DNA of 12,918 bases from Candidatus Fermentibacteraceae bacterium (GTDB taxonomy: Bacteria > Fermentibacterota > Fermentibacteria > Fermentibacterales > JCC-6): assembly GCA_041686025.1 (NCBI GenBank), contig JAWLEP010000059.1:1-12918 (forward strand), in the 5' to 3' direction. Position numbers and translations under genes: made by a program. Each line of letters starts with the position of its first letter. The stretch's first letter is position 1. Under the pieces are notes generated by a model that had not been told where the DNA came from, did not search any database, and was given only the letters and a program-made list of their open reading frames with translations. This document shows, one piece after another, positions 7,545 through 12,918 of this stretch.

Positions 7545-9524
7545 TCAGTCCTCTGCCAGGTCTATGCCCCGCAGCAGCTGGGCGTTCAGGGCCACTATCA
7601 CCGTGCTCAGCGACATGAGAAGCGCCCCCACAGCCGGGGAGAGCAGGATCCCCCATCGGGCCATGGCGCCGGCGGCCAGGGGGAGGGCGACGATGTTGTA
7701 GCCGGCGGCCCACCAGAGGTTCTGGATCATCTTCCTCCTGCTGGCGCGGCTCAGCCGGAAGATCTTGAGGACGTCGTCCGGCCTGCTCTTCACCAGCACT
7801 ATTCCCGCCGACTCCACCGCCACGTCGGTGCCGCTGCCTATGGCTATGCCCACGTCGGCCCTGGTGAGGGCCGGAGCGTCGTTGATGCCGTCGCCCACCA
7901 TGGCCACCGTCTCCCCGTCCTCCTGCAGCCGGCGGATCTCGCTGTCCTTGTTCTCCGGAAGCACCTCGGAGAGGACCCTGTCTATGCCCAGCTCACGAGC
8001 CACCGCCTCTGCGGCCTCCCGGCTGTCTCCGGTGAGCATGGCCACCGTGAGTCCGGCCTCCCGCAGACCGTTCACCGCGGATGCGCTCTCCTCCCGCAGC
8101 CCGTCGGCCACCGAGAAGGCGGCCACGGGATCGCTCCCCTCCAGCAGGAAGACCACAGTCCGGGCCCGGGATTCCTGCTCACCTCTGAAGTCCGCCAGGG
8201 CCTGCGGCAGCTCCGCCTCCAGCTCCGAGAGCAGCGCGGGGCCGCCCAGGTGCCAGGTGGTACCGTCCACCTTCGCCCGGACCCCCCTGCCCTCCAGGGC
8301 GGAAAAGCCCTCCACCTCCGGGGTGTCCAGCGATTTCTCCTCCGCCTTGCTGCGGATCGCCCTGGCAATGGGGTGCTCGGACTCCGACTCCAGGGCCGCC
8401 GCCACCTGCAGCGCCCGCTCGCGTTCCATGCCCCCGACGGCCTCCATGTCCTCCACGGCGAACTCCCCCCGGGTCAGGGTGCCGGTCTTGTCGAAGACCA
8501 CCGTGGTCACCTCGCGTATCCGCTCCAGGGCGTGCCTGTCCCGCACCAGGACGCCGCTTGAGGCCCCCAGGGCCGTGGTTATGGCCACCACCAGGGGGAT
8601 GGCCAGTCCCAGGGCGTGGGGGCAGGCGATGACCAGCACGGTCACTACCCTCTCCACGATGAAGACGTCCGCCCCCCGGGCCAGCCACCAGCCCACGGCG
8701 GTGACCACCGCCGCCCCCAGGGCCACGTAGAACAGCCATCCGGCCGCCCTGTCCGCCAGGAGCTGCGTGTCCGACTTGGACTCCCGGGCCTCCTTCACCA
8801 GCCGCATGATCCCGGCTATGGCAGTGTCCTCCCCGGTGGCGGTGACCCGCACCCTGAGGCTTCCGTCGCCGTTCACAGTGCCCCCCACCACCCCGTCCCC
8901 CGGCGACTTCTTCACCGGGGTGGACTCCCCGGTGACCATGGCTTCGTTCACCGAGGAGCTGCCCTCGGAGACTTCGCCGTCCGCGGGTATGGAGGAGCCG
9001 GGCCGGACCAGAACCAGGTCCCCCTCGGAAAGCTCCGACACCGGGACCTCCGACGTATTGCCCTCATCGTCCAGCCGCTCGGCGGTGTCGGGCATGAGCC
9101 TGGCCAGCTCGTCCAGGGCCCCCGAGGCCCTGCGGACGCTGCGCATCTCCACCCAGTGGCCCAGCAGCATCACGTCGATCAGCGTCACCAGCTCCCAGAA
9201 CAGCTCCTTCTCCAGCTGCAGGAAGCGGGAGGCCACGCTGTAGACGAGGGCCACCGAGATGGCCAGCGAGATCAGGGTCATCATCCCCGGCTTGCCCCTG
9301 CGCAGCTCGGGGAGGGCCATCCTCAGGAAGGGCAGCCCTCCGTACCAGAACACCAGCAGCGAGAAGGCGAAGGGAAGCCACACGCTGCCGGGAAACGGCG
9401 GTGCCGTGAACCCCAGCAGGCTCTGCACCGACGGGCTGTACGCCAGCACGGGCAGGCTCAGGGCCAGGCAGACCCAGAACTTCCTTTTGAACATCATCTC
9501 GTGGCTGCGGTGTCCGTTCTCCAT
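7545..9524 (-). CDS. copB: Copper-exporting P1B-type ATPase, CopB/P1B-3 subgroup
   Basis: [38 protein letters not shown] and LMSLST motifs. CPH plus YN plus MSxST is the P1B-3 signature. Start chosen at ATG 9524, with GGAGGT at 9533-9528. 659 aa. Confidence 0.92.
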   Translation of the reverse strand: MENGHRSHEMMFKRKFWVCLALSLPVLAYSPSVQSLLGFTAPPFPGSVWLPFAFSLLVFWYGGLPFLRMALPELRRGKPGMMTLISLAISVALVYSVASRFLQLEKELFWELVTLIDVMLLGHWVEMRSVRRASGALDELARLMPDTAERLDDEGNTSEVPVSELSEGDLVLVRPGSSIPADGEVSEGSSSVNEAMVTGESTPVKKSPGDGVVGGTVNGDGSLRVRVTATGEDTAIAGIMRLVKEARESKSDTQLLADRAAGWLFYVALGAAVVTAVGWWLARGADVFIVERVVTVLVIACPHALGLAIPLVVAITTALGASSGVLVRDRHALERIREVTTVVFDKTGTLTRGEFAVEDMEAVGGMERERALQVAAALESESEHPIARAIRSKAEEKSLDTPEVEGFSALEGRGVRAKVDGTTWHLGGPALLSELEAELPQALADFRGEQESRARTVVFLLEGSDPVAAFSVADGLREESASAVNGLREAGLTVAMLTGDSREAAEAVARELGIDRVLSEVLPENKDSEIRRLQEDGETVAMVGDGINDAPALTRADVGIAIGSGTDVAVESAGIVLVKSRPDDVLKIFRLSRASRRKMIQNLWWAAGYNIVALPLAAGAMARWGILLSPAVGALLMSLSTVIVALNAQLLRGIDLAED

Positions 9525-9592
9525 GAGACCTCCATCAGGACATCGTCCGGTGACTGAGCCAGACTGCACGAATTTCCAGGCTCAATATCGCC

Positions 9593-9625
9593 GGTGCGGC
9601 ACCCAGTGCACATGGTGGCCGCACC
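9593..9625. repeat. Imperfect 33-bp inverted repeat in the copB/PRT divergent region
   Basis: GGTGCGGC (9593-9600) and GCCGCACC (9618-9625) arms, inner ACC/GGT, centred on GTGCAC. Confidence 0.55.
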
Positions 9626-9719
9626 CCTGGCCGCGTGCCGGTCCTCCCTATTCCCTCGGGGGGGATGCCGCTTCACAGTGTAGATGAACCGAGAGGCACT
9701 CCGGCGCAAGGGAGGAAAC

Positions 9720-10370
9720 GTGTTCAGAGACCGAACCGAGGCGGGAAGAAGGCTGGCGCTGGAGCTGGAGGAGCACAGGAGCGAGAATCCCCTGGTCCTG
9801 GCCATACCCAGGGGCGGGGTCGAGGTGGGCATTCAGGTGGCCGAGCACCTGGACGCCCCGCTGGAGCTGCTGGTGGTCCGCAAGCTTCCCCTGCCCGGCA
9901 ACCCGGAGGCAGGTTTCGGAGCGGTGGCCGAGGACGGCAGCACCTTTCTCTATCCCGGGGCCGCCCGAAGGATACCCCGCCGGGAGATGCAGCGGGTGAA
10001 GAGCCGGCAGAGGGAGGAGATCCGCAGGAGAATCGAGACCCTCCGGGAGGGCCGGCCCCTTCCCGACATCTCCGGCAGGACCGTGATCCTGGTGGATGAC
10101 GGGCTGGCAATGGGCTCCACCATGAGGGCCGCCATCGAGCTCTGCCGCAACCGCGGAGCCGCCCGGATCGTGGTGGGCGTTCCCGTCTCCGGCGCCCGGA
10201 CCGCCTCGGACATCGAAGACCTGGCCGACCGGCTGCACGTGGTGGAGATTCCGCCCTACTTCCGGGCGGTGGCCCAGGTCTACCGCAACTGGTACGACGT
10301 GTCGGACAGCGAGGTACTCGACCTGATGGACCGCTGGCGCAGCGGTCGGGAATCCCCCTCCCGCGACTGA
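9720..10370 (+). CDS. Type I phosphoribosyltransferase family protein (Rv0571c N-domain-like)
   Basis: GGAGG at 9711-9715, GTG 9720. FRDRTEAGRRLA, VLAIPRGGV, VRKLPLPGNPE, PRPP-binding motif VILVDDGLAMGSTM, and AVAQVYRNWYDVSDSEV. 216 aa. Confidence 0.9.
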   Translation: MFRDRTEAGRRLALELEEHRSENPLVLAIPRGGVEVGIQVAEHLDAPLELLVVRKLPLPGNPEAGFGAVAEDGSTFLYPGAARRIPRREMQRVKSRQREEIRRRIETLREGRPLPDISGRTVILVDDGLAMGSTMRAAIELCRNRGAARIVVGVPVSGARTASDIEDLADRLHVVEIPPYFRAVAQVYRNWYDVSDSEVLDLMDRWRSGRESPSRD

Positions 10371-10509
10371 CGGAACCCCCATTCGGCCCTGGGGGTTGAA
10401 CCCACCCCGCCGCCGTCTCCAGCCCGGTGAGACCCGCTCCTGCAAAGGGTGATAATCCAGTTGAAGACGGGAGGATACAGCAAGCCGAGATGGGGGAAGG
10501 GAGGATCCA

Positions 10510-10716
10510 TTGGGCAGGAACGTAGCAATCAACGGCCTGGGCCGCATAGGCCGGGCCACAATGAAGATAGTGCTGGAGGAGCCGGAGCTCACGCTGGTGG
10601 ACCTGAGGATGACCCAGGTGATAGACGGCGATCTGGTGAACGTGAAGAGCTGGTACGACAACGAATGGGGCTACGCCTGCCAGATGGTGAGAACCGTTAC
10701 CGGCCGGGACGACTGA
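10510..10716 (+). pseudogene. gap: Internally deleted type I glyceraldehyde-3-phosphate dehydrogenase (in-frame fusion of N- and C-termini, 68 aa)
   Basis: Residues 1-30 match the GAPDH N-terminus (VAINGLGRIGR). Residues 31-68 match the C-terminus (DLRMTQVIDGDLVNVKSWYDNEWGY). The catalytic ASCTTN motif and the whole middle are absent. GGAGG at 10500-10504, TTG start. Confidence 0.82.
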
Positions 10717-10754
10717 GGCTTCCGTCCGGCCGCCAATAGCAGAAAGGACGTGCA

Positions 10755-11159
10755 ATGTTCCTTGCGGAGATACTCTTTGTGCTGGTCTTCGCGCTGGTCC
10801 TGACGGCCATTCTGGGCTGGGGCCTGCGCTGGAGACATCCGGCCCGAACCGATGCGGTCTGGGCCTCCATCATATTCCTGTTCGTGGTGCTGCTTCTCTC
10901 GATGTGGGCGGCTGCGCTATGGATCCCCGACCAGGGTCCCGTCCTGTGGGGCGCTTCCTGGGTAGGAATCCTGGCCGTGGGCATACTGGTGGCCCTGGTC
11001 ATACTGGCCGTCAGCGCTCCCACCTGGAGATGGCGCCGCACTCCCAGGACGCCGGTGGAGGAGCAGAGAGCGGCCGAGACCGAGGCCGTCTTCGGCTGCT
11101 TCTTCTGGGTGCTGCTGGTGGTGTTCGTGGTGGGAATACTGCTCAGCATAGTCTTCTGA
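10755..11159 (+). CDS. Hypothetical integral membrane protein, about 4 TM helices
   Basis: AGAAAGGA RBS at 10741-10748, ATG 10755. Four hydrophobic segments with Arg-rich loops (RWRHPAR, WRWRRTPR) consistent with the positive-inside rule. 134 aa. Confidence 0.8.
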   Translation: MFLAEILFVLVFALVLTAILGWGLRWRHPARTDAVWASIIFLFVVLLLSMWAAALWIPDQGPVLWGASWVGILAVGILVALVILAVSAPTWRWRRTPRTPVEEQRAAETEAVFGCFFWVLLVVFVVGILLSIVF

Positions 11160-11181
11160 CAGACCGCCGGGCAACTGCCAC

Positions 11182-11215
11182 CGGGGGCGTCTCTCCGCAA
11201 CGGGAGGTGCCCCCG
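11182..11215. terminator. GC-rich hairpin between convergent genes
   Basis: CGGGGGCGTCTC...GAGGTGCCCCCG stem (includes G-U pairs on the + transcript) between the stops at 11159 (+) and 11217 (-). No U-tract. Confidence 0.5.
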
Positions 11216-11216
11216 C

Positions 11217-12059
11217 TCAGGTATCGAGCCCGTAGTGCCTCCTGCACTCGGGCTCCCTTCCCCTCACCACCCGTCTGCCCTTGAGCCTGCCCTGCCGGGC
11301 GGTGACCACAGTGCACTGGCCGTCGCTGTGGTCCTCCCAGTAGATCACCACCCAGTCGCGGGTGGCATCGCGGTCGTGCGCCCGCTTCGTGTTGGAGTAC
11401 AGCACCGTGAACTCCCATCCCTCCCGTGAGACCTCCATTATGGGCAGCCACGCCTTCCCCTGGGGGTTGAACCGCTTCGGGGCTATGGTGCGGAGCTCTC
11501 CCGCCTCTGCCCTCCTGCGGTAGCGCCGGTCCAGGTCCAGCAGCAGCTCCACCTCCGGCGGAGACGGCCTCACGCTTCCGGAGGCCCTGCGCGAAAGCAT
11601 GGAGGCCAGGCTGTCACGGACCCCCCGCACCCGGCTCTCCCCGAATCCCCGCAGCTCCTGCAGGCGGCCGTCGTGGGCCGCCCGCTCCAGCTCCGGAAGC
11701 GTTCTCACCCCCAGCTCCTCCACTACCCTTTCGGCCAGCTCCTTTCCGATGCCGGGCACCCGCTGCATCGCCTCCACCGGGTCCCTCTCGGCCTCCAGCC
11801 TCCTCAGAAGCGAGATGCCCCCGGTCCTGGCGTACTCGCGCATGGCGCCGGCCAGCCCGCTGCCGATCCCCGGCAGCTCCTCCAGCGCGTCCGGTTCCTC
11901 CCTGGCCATCCGGATCACCGACCCGTCCAGGCTCCGCACCGTGGCGGCGGCCTTTCTGTAGGAGCGGATGCGGAAGGGGTTCTCCCCCTTCTCCTCCAGC
12001 AGGAGGGCGATGCGATCCAGCGCCCCTGCCACCTCGTCGTTGGTTCGTCCGTCTTCCAT
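11217..12059 (-). CDS. Helix-hairpin-helix DNA-binding protein: PolX N-terminal (8 kDa and fingers) domains fused to an uncharacterised C-terminal domain
   Basis: TNDEVAGALDRIA...GENPFRIRSYRKAA as in bacterial PolX, with three HhH-like motifs (LPGIG, VPGIG, LRGFG). No palm domain and no PHP domain. C-terminus IAPKRFNP-x4-WLP...YSNT..AH...DWVVIY. AGGGAG upstream. 280 aa. Confidence 0.85.
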   Translation of the reverse strand: MEDGRTNDEVAGALDRIALLLEEKGENPFRIRSYRKAAATVRSLDGSVIRMAREEPDALEELPGIGSGLAGAMREYARTGGISLLRRLEAERDPVEAMQRVPGIGKELAERVVEELGVRTLPELERAAHDGRLQELRGFGESRVRGVRDSLASMLSRRASGSVRPSPPEVELLLDLDRRYRRRAEAGELRTIAPKRFNPQGKAWLPIMEVSREGWEFTVLYSNTKRAHDRDATRDWVVIYWEDHSDGQCTVVTARQGRLKGRRVVRGREPECRRHYGLDT

Positions 12060-12238
12060 GCCTTCTCCCTCTCATCGCTGTCCCGGCTCCGGTGAGATAC
12101 TGGCACAGGCGGCACTCCCGGGCAAGCGTGCCGGCCGGCAGGAGCGAATGGGGGAACCTCCCATTGACCCGGCGCGTCATGCGCAAATCTTTAATGATGT
12201 GCATTGGAAGATATGGCTGCTTTTCCCGAGGGGGTGCG

Positions 12239-12918
12239 ATGCCGGAGCTTCCGGACGTGGAGGTGTTCCGCCGCTACCTGGACAGCACGGCGCTGGGCAG
12301 GAGGGTGGAGGACGTGCACACCTCCAGGGAGAGGATCTTCGCCGACCGCAGCAGGAGAACGGTGGTGAGGGCCCTTCGGGGGAGCCGCCTGGAGGAGACC
12401 GCCCGGCACGGCAAGAACCTCTTTGCGAGACTGTCCGAAGGCCGCTGGCTTCTGCTGCACTTCGGCATGACCGGCTTTCTGAAGGCCTACCACAAGCCCG
12501 GCAGCGCCCCGGGCCATCCCCGGCTGGTGCTGGACCTCGCCGACGGGAGCCACCTGGCCTACGACTCGCAGAGGCTTCTGGGAAAAGTCTCCGTGGCCGA
12601 CAGCCCGGCTTCTTACGCGAAGAGGATGGGACTGGGCCCGGACGCCCTGTCCGGGGAGATGGACGAGGATGTCTTCGCCGGGCTGGTCTCGGGAAGCCGG
12701 GCCATGGTGAAGTCGGCACTCATGGACCAGCGGAGAATAGCGGGGCTGGGCAATGTCTACTCCGACGAGGCCCTGTTCCAGAGCCGTCTCCACCCCAGGA
12801 GGAAGGCGTCCTCGCTGTCGGAGGACGTTCTGCGGCGGCTCCACCGGGCGGTTGTCAGCGTGCTGCAGACTGCCATAGACTTTGGTGCGGAGGCCTCCGC
12901 CGCTCCGGAGGACTGGCT
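12239..12918 (+). CDS. Fpg/Nei family DNA glycosylase/AP lyase (MutM-like), 3'-truncated
   Basis: Not in the ORF track because it has no stop in the window. Manual translation from ATG 12239 gives MPELPDVEVFRRYL...RHGKNLF...LLLHFGMTG...LGPDAL...VKSALMDQRRIAGLGNVYSDEALFQSRLHP, with catalytic Pro2/Glu3, Lys and the H2TH motif. GAGGGG RBS upstream. Confidence 0.95.
   Translation, partial: MPELPDVEVFRRYLDSTALGRRVEDVHTSRERIFADRSRRTVVRALRGSRLEETARHGKNLFARLSEGRWLLLHFGMTGFLKAYHKPGSAPGHPRLVLDLADGSHLAYDSQRLLGKVSVADSPASYAKRMGLGPDALSGEMDEDVFAGLVSGSRAMVKSALMDQRRIAGLGNVYSDEALFQSRLHPRRKASSLSEDVLRRLHRAVVSVLQTAIDFGAEASAAPEDW

Noticed and set aside
10374..10397. AACCCCC-N10-GGGGGTT hairpin after the PRT gene as a terminator
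   Set aside because: Short stem, large loop and only two following T residues. Too weak to call.
10387..11473. 16-bp direct match CCCTGGGGGTTGAACC at 10387-10402 and 11458-11473
   Set aside because: The match does not extend on either side, one copy is inside the HhH coding sequence, and a single 16-mer match is plausible by chance in 13 kb of GC-rich DNA. No mobile-element context.
11217..12059. Calling this gene DNA polymerase X (polX) or a polX pseudogene
   Set aside because: There is no palm or PHP domain, and the C-terminal part is a coherent in-frame domain rather than frameshifted PolX sequence.
1..12918. CRISPR arrays, tRNA/rRNA genes, IS elements, selenocysteine recoding
   Set aside because: I saw no regularly spaced repeats, cloverleaf or rRNA signatures, transposase or integrase motifs, or in-frame TGA within recognisable genes.

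Overview
GC-rich bacterial chromosomal window, probably from an anaerobe (it encodes a 1Fe superoxide reductase). A C-terminal 'STWGSIKASF' tail on a secreted protein suggests an uncultured FCB-related lineage such as Ca. Fermentibacteria or Latescibacteria (inference only). Gene order: 5'-truncated Zn-dependent alcohol dehydrogenase; a glucokinase-fold protein that has lost every catalytic motif; superoxide reductase; lepA; lipoprotein; secreted DUF1838-like protein; hemW; a separately promoted and terminated secreted beta-propeller-like protein with the TWGxIK tail; a CopB-type P1B-3 ATPase (minus strand); a phosphoribosyltransferase; a 68-codon 'mini-GAPDH' made only of the two ends of GAPDH; a 4-TM membrane protein; a PolX-N-terminal HhH protein with no polymerase domain (minus strand); and a divergent Fpg/Nei glycosylase that is 3'-truncated and missing from the ORF track. 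I saw no tRNA, rRNA, CRISPR array or mobile element. Best leads: the TWGxIK putative sorting signal, the pseudo-glucokinase, the mini-GAPDH and the HhH/Fpg divergon. All family calls come from motif recognition by eye; no searches were run.
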